Shown here one piece after another: positions 19,794 through 29,720 of a stretch of 57,062 nt of DNA. The stretch is from positions 1-57,062 of IMG/VR virus record IMGVR_UViG_2554235497_000003; one strand, written 5' to 3'. Under the pieces are notes generated by a model that ran no database searches, was not told the DNA's origin, and saw only the letters and a list, made by a program, of their open reading frames with translations. Every line of letters begins with the position of its first letter. Position 1 is the first letter of the stretch. A program made the position numbers and the translations under genes. The DNA comes from a virus.

Positions 19794-20261
19794 TCAGGCC
19801 GTAACGTCGGAAGCCCGGACACTCAATGAGATCCGGTCAGGGGTGAGCGCGGTTCCGACGATCTGAACAAGGTCGCCAGCGCCAGAGGGACGCTCTTGAG
19901 TGTATCCACCACCCGGTGCAAGATAGACTGGCTGACCAGGAACGAACTCCCAATCACCATCACCGTTCTCAACCTCGACGCCGTAAGCAATCGTGGACAC
20001 CCGGTCGCGGTCAACGAGCGCACGGTTGGCCTCGATTACGAGCTTTACCTCGTCCTCCTGGTATTCACTAAGAGATGTCGCAGGAGTAAGCGCAGCACCG
20101 AGTGCCATCACCGTCGAGTCGGCGGAAGCGTCGGCCTGTACCATCTTACCATCGGCGTCGAGGCCGACGAGATCACCTTCAGCGATAATCTCGCCAGCGA
20201 TAGCACCGTGGCGGTTGATAGGCTGTTCAGCACCAGCAGTCGCAATTCCAATGTCAACCAT
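19794..20261 (-). CDS. Capsid decoration/cement protein
   Basis: AGEIIAEGDLVGL..DG..V.A.A, G.P.YLA..GG.TQ motifs; upstream of MCP. Confidence 0.72.
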   Translation of the reverse strand: MVDIGIATAGAEQPINRHGAIAGEIIAEGDLVGLDADGKMVQADASADSTVMALGAALTPATSLSEYQEDEVKLVIEANRALVDRDRVSTIAYGVEVENGDGDWEFVPGQPVYLAPGGGYTQERPSGAGDLVQIVGTALTPDRISLSVRASDVTA

Positions 20262-20288
20262 GATAGAGTAGAGTCAGCAGATTCGCGT

Positions 20289-20789
20289 TCAGAGTGAGAT
20301 ACCGCCAATGCTCTTCATACGGCTCTTCGCGGCTTCCTTTCGGTCCTCGAGTTTGTCAGCCGAGAACTTGGGCGACTTCTGTGGTTTGTCAGCGAACACA
20401 GACTCGTCACCCTCCTTGCACTCACCGTCTTCTTCACATTCTTGCGGCGTCGTGCAGTTCTCACACGTCTCCGAGAAATCAGCAGCGGCCTCGTCAGCAC
20501 GGCCTGCCATCTCGACGAGTTCACCCATCGAGAACCGCTCAGCAAGAAGCTCCTCGTCGATATTCGTGACCTCCGACGCCTTCGTCGAGAAATAGCTCGC
20601 AGCGACCTCGAGATCACCCTCGAGTTCCTCGAGCTTCGCGGAGTACTCGGCAGCATTTCCAGCCTGTTCCTCGAGATCCTCGAGTTCTTCGACGTTGCTC
20701 TCGTGTGCTTCCATGACCTGCGAGAACGTCTCTCGAAGGTCTGCTTCGCTCATCTCCTCGATCGGAGTCTCAAGTTCGATCTTCTTCAT
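20289..20789 (-). CDS. Scaffolding protein
   Basis: Very acidic coiled-coil between protease and capsid genes. Confidence 0.65.
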   Translation of the reverse strand: MKKIELETPIEEMSEADLRETFSQVMEAHESNVEELEDLEEQAGNAAEYSAKLEELEGDLEVAASYFSTKASEVTNIDEELLAERFSMGELVEMAGRADEAAADFSETCENCTTPQECEEDGECKEGDESVFADKPQKSPKFSADKLEDRKEAAKSRMKSIGGISL

Positions 20790-20796
20790 AGATAGA

Positions 20797-21453
20797 TTAG
20801 ATGTCAGTAAATTGTGCCCGGCTCACACCCTCGATCTTGAGGTGTGATACCGGCTCAGTGGTGGCTTCCGCATCATCTTCGCTGAACACACCAGCTTCTC
20901 GGGCCGCTTTCGCGAAGCGTGGTGAGAGGCCACCATCGCTGCCATAGCCTGCAGGGAACGGTGTCAATGAGAACTCGGCAATGGTTGCGTCAACGAACTC
21001 GGGTTCACCCGAATCGTTACGCTCCACCCTGAAATCGTTCCCAAACCCGACAGAGCCGTCATTGATAGCCGGTGGATCATGCGTGAAATCCGAGATCACG
21101 TCAGACCGGACGCTGTTGCCCGTGTTCGGAACGTGAGCCAGAATACGGAGAAAGTCATCTGCGAACCGGACATCCTTGACATGGCCGACGTTTGCGAGTT
21201 GGCCCTGCGAATGGTCTAACTGCAAGGGAGCAGGTCCTGAAAAGTTGCCTGCGACTCGAGTCAGAAACTCGTCGGTGATACGAAAGCCTTTGCGTAGACC
21301 TGGCTCCATCGCCGCGAAAATCACGTCAATAGAACCGTCCTCGTACTTCTTGACACCGTACTGGTTGAACCCTTCCGGGCGCGTGAGAGTGTCCGGGTAC
21401 GAGAACGAGACGCTAAACGCCAACTCCTCGTCGATCGATAGTTGATTGCTCAT
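20797..21453 (-). CDS. Prohead (maturation) protease
   Basis: LQLDH (His), GSVGF (Ser), EFSLTPFPA motifs. Confidence 0.85.
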   Translation of the reverse strand: MSNQLSIDEELAFSVSFSYPDTLTRPEGFNQYGVKKYEDGSIDVIFAAMEPGLRKGFRITDEFLTRVAGNFSGPAPLQLDHSQGQLANVGHVKDVRFADDFLRILAHVPNTGNSVRSDVISDFTHDPPAINDGSVGFGNDFRVERNDSGEPEFVDATIAEFSLTPFPAGYGSDGGLSPRFAKAAREAGVFSEDDAEATTEPVSHLKIEGVSRAQFTDI

Positions 21454-21465
21454 TTCATCAGGTAG

Positions 21466-21723
21466 TTAGATCTTCAGAAGGCCACCGAGTCGGTCGAAGA
21501 ACGCTACAACCGCTGCACCGACTGTGAACAACCCACCCGAGAGGATAACCGTGTGCCGGTCTACCCTGCTCTCGAGTTTGTTGATTCGCTCATCGCGCTT
21601 TTCTGACTCTGCTACGTACTGCTCGCGCAGATCCTCGAGACTTTCTTCGATATGTCTCGTGCGCTCCTCGGTTCGGGCCGTATTCTGAAGGATCTCGTAG
21701 ATCACATCGTCATCGGCTTCCAT
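21466..21723 (-). CDS. Coiled-coil protein with C-terminal TM helix
   Basis: Heptad-rich N-terminus and hydrophobic C-terminus. Confidence 0.6.
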   Translation of the reverse strand: MEADDDVIYEILQNTARTEERTRHIEESLEDLREQYVAESEKRDERINKLESRVDRHTVILSGGLFTVGAAVVAFFDRLGGLLKI

Positions 21724-21729
21724 TGCTCA

Positions 21730-23142
21730 TCACTCGTTAGCTACGTCACGCTGGTTGCGTCCACCACTCGAGTCCCTCTCGGGGTTCTGTCGCGACTTCA
21801 CCTCGCCACCAGCGGATTCTGCCCCGCTACCCGTGTCAGTTGGTCGGCCACCAGCCGGGTTCTGAATCGCGTCACCGGCTCCTCGAAGCTCCTGCAAGAG
21901 GCCGACGATCTCAGCCAATTCGCTTTCATCGGGTAGCTCTGTCTCGGGGTCGATACCAACGCGCTGTGCGAAGGCCTCGCGAGTGAGGAACCCTTCATTG
22001 AAGAGCTTGATCGCGGCATCGATCTCGAGGCGACCTTCATCCGACGAGTGCTCGCCAAACTCAAAGTCGGGCGGAAGCTCCGTGTAATCTTCCGGGTTCG
22101 GGTGTCCGAGAATCGAGACGAAGATTTGGTAGCGAATCGCGTTTTTGATGATCGAACGGTAGCGCTGAATCCGCCGATCGAACTTCGGCATGACCGCAAT
22201 GGACGTGTTCCGATTCACGTCCACGTCCATGTTCAGCAAGAACGCAGGAACTCCAAGCCCGGCAGCAATCCGCTTCTGAAGGTGTGCAAACGTACTGTCG
22301 AGATTCAACATCCCTGCCGACGATGACGTACTCGAGGTCCCGACGACTTCGTGTTCAACGTCGCTTCCGACCGCAATCATTGACTCCGGCTCGATCGCCT
22401 CAACAGTATCCAACCAGGCCTCGATCTGCTCGTCGTTCCACGGGCGCTCTTCGGTTCCGCACTTCCAAATCACGGGCGGATACGCCTTCGTGGAGATGAA
22501 CCGTGCCAGGTCGATCTCCATGTCGCGAAGGAAGTTTGCCTGCTCTTCGATCCGCTCAATGAGTGAGTGGCCGAAGTCCTCGCCTGGGTGCTTGTGAAAC
22601 GTGAGAACGGCAATATCGTAAGGGTTGAACTGTATGTCGTCACCACCGTCCTCGCGTTCCATCAAGTACTCCTCGACAACTCCAAACTCGTCGGTCTGGA
22701 TCTTCATCCGCTCCGTCGGGAGCAGTTTCGGCTTGAAAACGTCATCCTCGACAACGATCTCGAGGAAGGCCGTTCCGTCCACGAGAGCGTGCCAGACCCA
22801 TTCGTAGAGAACCGTCTCGAACTCGGACGTCTCGATGAGTTGCTTGAACTGAGCGATGTCCTCGTCGGTCTGTTCCTGGTCCGTGAACGGGATATTCGCC
22901 GGGTGGATAGAGAAGCCTGATCCAACGAGATAGTCAACGAGCGTATCGATGGACTCCCCGACGTGAGGGTCCATATCCGCGATAACGCGATACCGTTCAA
23001 TGTTCTGCTCCGGCGGTTCGCTGACTTCAGGTCGGCCACTCGTACCTGAAGGCCGCTTGATTACCGCACGCGGCTGCTCGAGCATGAAGCCGATCCGCCC
23101 GTCAGCGGCCCGCTTCATCATGGCCGCCTTTACATCACTCAT
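21730..23142 (-). CDS. Portal protein
   Basis: Follows terL; DGTAFLEI, IAAGLGVPAFLL motifs. Confidence 0.9.
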   Translation of the reverse strand: MSDVKAAMMKRAADGRIGFMLEQPRAVIKRPSGTSGRPEVSEPPEQNIERYRVIADMDPHVGESIDTLVDYLVGSGFSIHPANIPFTDQEQTDEDIAQFKQLIETSEFETVLYEWVWHALVDGTAFLEIVVEDDVFKPKLLPTERMKIQTDEFGVVEEYLMEREDGGDDIQFNPYDIAVLTFHKHPGEDFGHSLIERIEEQANFLRDMEIDLARFISTKAYPPVIWKCGTEERPWNDEQIEAWLDTVEAIEPESMIAVGSDVEHEVVGTSSTSSSAGMLNLDSTFAHLQKRIAAGLGVPAFLLNMDVDVNRNTSIAVMPKFDRRIQRYRSIIKNAIRYQIFVSILGHPNPEDYTELPPDFEFGEHSSDEGRLEIDAAIKLFNEGFLTREAFAQRVGIDPETELPDESELAEIVGLLQELRGAGDAIQNPAGGRPTDTGSGAESAGGEVKSRQNPERDSSGGRNQRDVANE

Positions 23143-23156
23143 TTAGAAGCTAGAGA

Positions 23157-24860
23157 TTAGGTTGGAGAACGTCGTCGTGCGTATCTCGGCGTGTATGTTC
23201 TTCGTCCGTTCCGCCCAACAGACCGTGCCCCAAACGAAACGGTTGCTGCTCTCGTTGGTGGCTCAACGGGTTCTGGTTCCTGTTCGACTCCGGCAGGAAG
23301 CGCTTCTGAAGGTCCCACTTCTTCGGGTTCACGTACCGCCATGCGACGTGACGGCTGGACACTCAATCCTGGCGGAAAGGCCCCAAGGACGGTTGCCATC
23401 GCAATGTCATCCTTCCCGCTCGAGGAGGTGTCTTTCCCCGAATACTTCGGCTTCGCGCCATCGTAGGGTTGCTCCTTGACGATCGACGCGAGCTGATCGT
23501 ACATCTCGTCGTCTTTCGCCAGCGTCACGCGGTCATTTCGCAGGGCAGCGTTCATGTCGCCCATCATCTCGTTGACCGCATCCTTATCGGAGAAATTGAA
23601 CCCGATCACACCACGACCGAGCTTATCCTCGATGATTCGTTGGAACGTCTCACCGGGACCAGTCTTGTCGAGGATCACGTAGTCAACTTCCATCTGTGCG
23701 TGGATCTGTGCGAAACGGTGAGCGACGTGAACAGCGTTGCCCCGGTCGGGGTTCTGTATGCCCGCTTCCGCCAACACATCGTTGTTCACTACCTCGAAGT
23801 AGCGCATATCGCGCTTCTCACCGAGATGATCGAAGACAGTGACAACGGTATCGTCGTGGTCGATGCCGATATCCACGCCCATCGTTCTCATGACACCGGG
23901 CTGTTTCCGTAAGTACTGGCCGTACTGGTAGTCAGGACGTTGTGAGCGCTCCTGTGCCCGAACGATCGACTGCTCGTTGAAGAACCGATAGCTGTCATCG
24001 ATCGGCCTACACAGGTACTCCTGTGCGAACCCTTGCGGGTCTTTGACCCGATCCTCTTCGACCTTCTCAATGTTCAGATCAGGCCGAACCGGAACCACGT
24101 CCTGCTCGAGCAGGCTTACCTCTACGTCGATCTCGTCGGCGTTCGCGAAACTTGGTTGCTGAATCGAGATCGTCCCGATCTTGTTGCCGTCCTCGTCGTA
24201 GCCCGTTTCCGTTCCACGGGCATGGTTCCGCATGAAGAGATCGTTCTTCGACAGTGGCGTCGAAACCTCGACCATCAGGCCCTGAGAACCAAGCGAAACG
24301 AACGGTGAGAACGCTCGAGAGGTCGCCTCCTGGTCCTCAAGGAACGCCATCTCATCGATGAAAACCGTCTTCGCGGAATCGTCACCACGAGCACCTTCCG
24401 GGTTGCCCGTGTATGCCTTGTAGCGCGTTCCATTCCACAGAACGATTTCCGACTGTGTAGGCGTCTTCGCGAACGGAATTTCGATCTTGGCGTTCTCGAA
24501 GAGGGTCTTCAGGTCACGAATACGTGCCTGTGCCTGCTCTTCCTTGCTCGAGACGATTGGGAAAAACGAGTTCCCGTTCATCATGCCGTCGAGCGCCTCA
24601 CAGACGATGATAATGAACGAGACGCCGATCCGCCGCCCTTTGTAGATGTTCAGCGTCGATGCATCGCCGTAAAAGTAGGCGTGCATGATCTTCGGCTGGT
24701 AAGGCCGAAAGAGCTTGAGATCCCGAATCTCGCCGGTATCGAGGTCTTTGACACGAAAGAGATCCTCGGCAATCCGATCGGGCCTTCCGCGCCACCGATC
24801 GATGATCTCGGACTCATCAACACCAGCTTGTTCTGCGAACTGGGCGACGAGTTCATTCAT
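23157..24860 (-). CDS. terL: Terminase large subunit
   Basis: Walker A KGRRIGVS, Walker B VFIDEMAF, nuclease GVDIGIDHDDT and KDDIAMA. Confidence 0.95.
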   Translation of the reverse strand: MNELVAQFAEQAGVDESEIIDRWRGRPDRIAEDLFRVKDLDTGEIRDLKLFRPYQPKIMHAYFYGDASTLNIYKGRRIGVSFIIIVCEALDGMMNGNSFFPIVSSKEEQAQARIRDLKTLFENAKIEIPFAKTPTQSEIVLWNGTRYKAYTGNPEGARGDDSAKTVFIDEMAFLEDQEATSRAFSPFVSLGSQGLMVEVSTPLSKNDLFMRNHARGTETGYDEDGNKIGTISIQQPSFANADEIDVEVSLLEQDVVPVRPDLNIEKVEEDRVKDPQGFAQEYLCRPIDDSYRFFNEQSIVRAQERSQRPDYQYGQYLRKQPGVMRTMGVDIGIDHDDTVVTVFDHLGEKRDMRYFEVVNNDVLAEAGIQNPDRGNAVHVAHRFAQIHAQMEVDYVILDKTGPGETFQRIIEDKLGRGVIGFNFSDKDAVNEMMGDMNAALRNDRVTLAKDDEMYDQLASIVKEQPYDGAKPKYSGKDTSSSGKDDIAMATVLGAFPPGLSVQPSRRMAVREPEEVGPSEALPAGVEQEPEPVEPPTRAATVSFGARSVGRNGRRTYTPRYARRRSPT

Positions 24861-25053
24861 TGTCGTTCAACGAAATGATGTCCTTACTATCTGCGCGAAT
24901 CCAGCACGTGTCTCGATCGTATCCGTTACCGTCCCATCGAATAATCAGACCAGACCTCTTGCCACCTCGAGTGAGATTGTACTTAGAAACGTTCTCGGGC
25001 TTGTTGACTCCCTCACCAGGACCAGCTCGAGAATAGCTCGTAGAATCACTCAT
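24853..25053 (-). CDS. Hypothetical protein
   Basis: Coupled ORF in the late operon. Confidence 0.5.
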   Translation of the reverse strand: MSDSTSYSRAGPGEGVNKPENVSKYNLTRGGKRSGLIIRWDGNGYDRDTCWIRADSKDIISLNDNE

Positions 25054-25450
25054 CGTCGCTTCGCATCACATCGTCAATCACGTAGACCGTGAGATAGCCC
25101 ATGTTCGGGAACGTTTCAATTCCGCCATCAGGATACGTTACCTGCCATTCTGAGCGGAACACGCCCGCCCTGTCGGTATCTCCTGGCTGCCACTCGTAGA
25201 TGACAACACCAACCTCGTCAGGGTCTGTGCCCGCAGAATCTCTGATGAGAAGGTTGCCGTCTCGATCTCGCATTCGGAACTCGATAAAGGCGTCCTCGAG
25301 CGGAATAGCGACACCAGAACGATCCCTCAACGTAGCCCTGATCGCAGGTGCGGTGTCCCCCTGTCTAATGATGAACGTCTCCATTCTCAACTGTCTCACT
25401 CGGTCGTCTCCGCTAGAGTTCGATTCCCGACTATCGTGTGCTATCTCCAC
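25046..25450 (-). CDS. BppU N-terminal-like beta-sandwich protein
   Basis: IRQGDT.P.I.ATL.D, V.YEW..GDT..AG.F..EW.VTY.DG..ETFP pattern. Confidence 0.65.
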   Translation of the reverse strand: MEIAHDSRESNSSGDDRVRQLRMETFIIRQGDTAPAIRATLRDRSGVAIPLEDAFIEFRMRDRDGNLLIRDSAGTDPDEVGVVIYEWQPGDTDRAGVFRSEWQVTYPDGGIETFPNMGYLTVYVIDDVMRSDDE

Positions 25451-25607
25451 AAATGCTGCAAACCAGTATCCAGAATCGCGTTATATCTATTGGAGATAGC
25501 TAGTATACCGACGTATGTTGAACAAACGTTAATATACACTAACGGCTTCCATCACTTGGGGCCGAAAGCGCGTTTTGCCCAACTCGCCTGCCGACGGCCC
25601 CAATCAC

Positions 25608-26318
25608 TTACTCTTCGAACGCTTCAGGATCGTAGCTATCTCGCTCGCTGACGAGGTTGCCCATCACACCGACAATATCGTCCATCAGTTCGCTCGCAGA
25701 TTCGACCTGCTCACCCTTCATCTTCTGCTTGCGGGTAATGCCGAGCGAGTCCTTGATCTTCTGAATGAGACGGACTTGTGAGGCCATCGCCTCATTCAGC
25801 GAATTAGGTAGCTCCTCAGTCTCGACGAGAGTCCCATCGGGAAGGTAGACGCCCTTCTCGCGAATCTCGCCGTGACGCAAGATGTAGTCCTTGCCTCGAG
25901 CTTCCCTGACGATCTCGATCGCAAGCGTGTGGAAGTCATGGGCGGCAGATGGATCGCTCTCGAGGTCGATGTCGTAAGCTTTCGGCCACGAAAGGACCCA
26001 ATCGTAGAGTTCCTCTTCGCGCTCGCTCATCGTCTCGCGCAAGTGCTCGTCAGTAGCGTACATTCCGTGTTTCAGATTCGCCAGCTTGTCCAGATTCTCG
26101 AGCCTCGGTACGTTCTTTCCACCGTGATGCTTACAACGCCCGTTCCGCTCAACGTTCTGTGAAACACAGTAGCGTTGAGGCCCGTTGTAGTCCTCAGGCT
26201 GCTTCGGAATCTTGGCCAGGCAGAACTTGTCTTCGAAGGAGATGTATGGATGATCGTACTCAACCTGCATCTCACGAAGCTCCGCTTCCGTTTTGCCGGT
26301 CACTTCGTTCGATGCCAT
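25608..26318 (-). CDS. terS: Terminase small subunit
   Basis: GRCKHHGG and N.KHG.YA motifs; first gene of the late operon. Confidence 0.75.
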   Translation of the reverse strand: MASNEVTGKTEAELREMQVEYDHPYISFEDKFCLAKIPKQPEDYNGPQRYCVSQNVERNGRCKHHGGKNVPRLENLDKLANLKHGMYATDEHLRETMSEREEELYDWVLSWPKAYDIDLESDPSAAHDFHTLAIEIVREARGKDYILRHGEIREKGVYLPDGTLVETEELPNSLNEAMASQVRLIQKIKDSLGITRKQKMKGEQVESASELMDDIVGVMGNLVSERDSYDPEAFEE

Positions 26319-26432
26319 CTATAAGAGCCACCAGTAATTTTATTGCAGAACTTGCCTATTGTTATGACTATGAGAAGGCCAAAGTCAATTCTAAAATACT
26401 TCTTCGGTTCTGCCAGAGGAAACTGGCGAAAC

Positions 26433-26603
26433 ATGATACGAGCAGGGAATAACAACGACTTGTGGGGAACCGTCGGTGGTGCTATCGTTGGAGGTATTCT
26501 CGGGAGTTTCGCACTTCCAGTGGTGGGAACTCTGCTCGGCCTGTTTATTGGAGGTTTACTTGGTTCGTCGTTTAATTACGCACGTAGTGGTGCGCGAAAG
26601 TAG
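26433..26603 (+). CDS. Glycine-zipper membrane peptide
   Basis: GxxxG repeats (GAIVGGILG...GLFIGGLLG). Confidence 0.6.
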   Translation: MIRAGNNNDLWGTVGGAIVGGILGSFALPVVGTLLGLFIGGLLGSSFNYARSGARK

Positions 26604-26650
26604 TTGGATGAATTACACAAATCCAGATTATTGAGTACGAATCACTCAGT

Positions 26651-26875
26651 ATGTTTTTCTTGAGCGGAAGCCTCGCCCATTCTTCTGAAGCCTGCCCATC
26701 ACAATCTGTGGCTGAAAAGGTAGAAAAGTGGCAGCCACAAGATAGAGAGAAACTCGAGGAAGCTGTGAAAAGTGGGGGAACCTTCCGCCACCAGATTGTG
26801 GCGGCAGTTCATCGGTTTTTCCCTAATTCGATTTCCTCACTAAGAGTAATAGACGAGGGTATATATAGGGGGTAG
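26651..26875 (+). CDS. Hypothetical protein
   Basis: 74-aa ORF in the AT-richer accessory block. Confidence 0.4.
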   Translation: MFFLSGSLAHSSEACPSQSVAEKVEKWQPQDREKLEEAVKSGGTFRHQIVAAVHRFFPNSISSLRVIDEGIYRG

Positions 26876-27010
26876 AGGTTATGCCAGAAACTGAATCAGT
26901 GGATTCGGGAACTACGTGTGCGTATCGGCCACTGGAGGTGTAGAATTATACGATATGAAGAGCTTCTTACTGCCAATTGCTAAGTGTGTTGGATATCTAA
27001 CTGACACCAG

Positions 27011-28078
27011 ATGGTTCCGGTTCGAGAGACTATTGAGGACATACTCAGATCACATGGTTTTGTAGCTACGCTTATTGGTGGGATCATCACCATATCCGTA
27101 TTCACATCTGCCTATTTTCTACCAGTTCCATTTGCTAGTACGGTCCCCATTGTCGGAGCGGGGTTCACTCTCTTAACCGGAACTGCCAGTATTTATTTAA
27201 ATCATAAAATAAAGCGACGAGAACGCGATAATGAGAGATTCGGTGAGGCGGCGAAAGCGGTCGAACAGGAACGTGTGCGCGAAGAACGGGACAGAGCAAA
27301 GGCGGATCTCCGTGAGTACCAGCGGATAACGCGCATCCTCGAAGACCGCGAGGTAGATTTAGCGACGCTCATTGACAATCAGACTGAGTCAAGTCAGATT
27401 GCACTCCTTGTATTCCGCGATCAACAAGCTCCAGAAGGCCACGATTTCTACCAAACCGAGAGCGAAGATGACCAGAACAAGTTCATCCGGTACCGTACAA
27501 TGGATGAGTACGATGGGAAGACAATTTCCTCATTCACATGGATGTTGCCGCCGAGTGTCGTTGTCGAAGAAAATCTTGAAAATGCGAATCGTGACGAGTT
27601 GGAGGAGTGGTTCCGTGAGAACGTTTACGACTACTACGGCGATGAGGAGTTTCAAGCGAACGTTCTCTTGATGGGGTTGATGGACGTGAGTTCCATCTTC
27701 TCCATCACGAAAGAGGAAACGAAGCTTGGAAAGTTTGCTGAGAATCTAATTGAATATGACGATGAGTTCTCGGAGGAAGACTTCTACGAAGCCTTGGCCG
27801 AGGAGCGCGTGAACATGCTAGAGGAGGTAAAATCTGGCCGACTTGTATTCTTCCTGCCTGATAGTCTAGACAAAGACACTGTAGATAGAATTCGAGACCA
27901 AAGCGAAGTTGTCAAATCAGAGTTGACTGAGGGCAGACTACGAGAGATAGCCGACGAGGATAGTATCAAACCGCTAAGTAAAGGATTCAAGAAAATTGGT
28001 ATTCCACAACCGAAGAAACTGGCTGGTGAAGTAGTGAAGGAAGCACAGATGTGGGAAGAGAAAATTAACGAAGCCTGA
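27011..28078 (+). CDS. Two-TM, coiled-coil accessory protein
   Basis: Two N-terminal TM helices, charged coiled coil, large acidic domain. Confidence 0.75.
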   Translation: MVPVRETIEDILRSHGFVATLIGGIITISVFTSAYFLPVPFASTVPIVGAGFTLLTGTASIYLNHKIKRRERDNERFGEAAKAVEQERVREERDRAKADLREYQRITRILEDREVDLATLIDNQTESSQIALLVFRDQQAPEGHDFYQTESEDDQNKFIRYRTMDEYDGKTISSFTWMLPPSVVVEENLENANRDELEEWFRENVYDYYGDEEFQANVLLMGLMDVSSIFSITKEETKLGKFAENLIEYDDEFSEEDFYEALAEERVNMLEEVKSGRLVFFLPDSLDKDTVDRIRDQSEVVKSELTEGRLREIADEDSIKPLSKGFKKIGIPQPKKLAGEVVKEAQMWEEKINEA

Positions 28079-28228
28079 GTTATGTCCATAACCACAGTTG
28101 ATAGATTTACGGTCTGTACTCGTCGTGAATTTCACGCCTAATTCTCAGTAGGATGCCTATCTATGGTACACAATTGCTTATTATACTCTCTGATTTCTGA
28201 AAAATTTCTGAGCAACTCACCTCCCCCT

Positions 28229-28360
28229 CGCACCCGCACTTGCGAGCCTGACGGTGTGCCAACCCACCCGTGCATAATGCGCCCGCTCGAGTGCCCGCCC
28301 GCTTCCGCACACCCGCCCGTGGCAACGCGCCCACGTCGCGCTCGAGCGCACCCGCGCCTG
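28229..28360 (+). repeat. C-rich degenerate (R)CCCG repeat cluster, candidate packaging/terminus region
   Basis: CCCG-containing units at 28230, 28264, 28279, 28291 (x2), 28308 (x2) and 28348, after an AT-rich tract. Confidence 0.5.
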
Positions 28361-28741
28361 CGTAGCGCTGCCGATCGCGAACTCGAGGCAACCACTCAGT
28401 GATGCACGCAGTGGTAGCACCGAAACAGTTATTGCTGAGATAACTGCGGGTAATCGTCCAAAGGCCCACAAATCCGATTCCCACTAATCGGCGGAAAACG
28501 GCGGAGAAAGCAGGTCTAGCCGCCCGTTTTCGAGCAGCGCGTCAGAGGCAGCAAATCGGCTATTTGTGGCCAGTGGTATCTGACCAGCGGTAATTCGAGT
28601 GTCTCGACACAGTGAGAACCACATTATTGGCGGAACGGCCTTATTTTCGGTCAATCGTGCTACTGATCACAGGCCGTTGGCAATTCGCTGCCCTCAAGCC
28701 TCGAGACCCTCGAAAACCAGCGATACGTGGCTAATCGGTAG

Positions 28742-28750
28742 CTTTATTAT
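28742..28750 (+). promoter_or_regulatory. TATA-like element upstream of the structured non-coding region
   Basis: CTTTATTAT about 25 nt before the first long hairpin (28774). Confidence 0.5.
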
Positions 28751-28771
28751 CTCCTCGGTTATCCGCTCTGG

Positions 28772-29720
28772 TAGCGATCTCGGGTCGGCTCGAACCGGCT
28801 CGGGTCGCCGTGGCCGTTTGTCGCCACGCAAGCCATGACCGAACGCGGGAATTGGGCGACCGCTCGAGAAAGCGTGTGTGTCCCTGGAGGGGCCACGCGC
28901 CGAAGTCGCGCCAACACGCCATAATCGCGGCTCCTACGGAGCCGTGGGTCAGAGACGCCTCTCACGAGGCCTGCGAAGTGTCGAAGCGTTCGCGAGCTGC
29001 AGCTCTACCGAGCTGCGTGTAAGCCCCCCGGCCTTGCAGGACCCTCCGGGTCCTGAAGTCAAGTCGTCGAGCGCCACCCAACCACCTTCGGTGGTACTAG
29101 CAGACGACGTGAGCCGCGATCCCATAGGGATCGGGACTCGAAGACGCGAGCTACCGGGACCTTCGAAGAAGGTGAACCCTCACGACAGGATCGTGGGACC
29201 AATATCCGTAGCGGTGGAGGCCTTCGGCCTACACGGTGCAGCTCAAGACCGCTCCACCCCTCCGGGGTGCGACGTCGCTCAAGCGAATCTGAGCAACCAC
29301 GGGCAACAGCGAAGCTGTTCAGCGATTCCGTTCCCCCTTCGGGGAGAGCGCCGCAAGATCAGGAACGAGTCCTGTGGACTCGGTAACGAACGAGATACGA
29401 GCGAAGCGGCCCCTTCGGGGGCTTCCGACAAGGTGCAGCGTGCCGGATATGCCACACTCCCCTTGGGGAGTGCCCGGCGAAGGCCATCGAAGCCGGACAC
29501 CGGAAGGTGTCACCTGACCGGATGCGGAAGCCACCACCTTCGGTGGCACAGTAAATCGAATCAACGCAACCCTCCGGGTTGCAGACCTTCGGGTCACAGA
29601 CCGGCGTGGCAGCGACTCGCCTTACGGCGACCGTTCGCTACCCGGTCGGCCCCCTACCAGTTCCTCTGGTAGGTGACGAGCGAAGCGGTTCCCCTTCGGG
29701 GAAAACTACGGTGAGAACAA
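28772..29720 (+). ncRNA. Candidate large structured ncRNA or long structured leader (or ssDNA hairpin array)
   Basis: At least 22 hairpins counted by eye (one at 29740 extends into the next ORF); G-U-containing helices favour the + strand; no credible acidic ORF. Confidence 0.6.

Noticed and set aside
28878-29672. 264-aa + strand ORF and several short ORFs over the hairpin region
   Set aside because: Arg/Ser/Pro/Gly-rich, unlike the acidic viral proteome; best explained as a by-product of GC-rich palindromes.
28772-29720. Retron/msDNA or group I/II intron
   Set aside because: No reverse transcriptase in the window, no interrupted gene, and no recognisable catalytic core.
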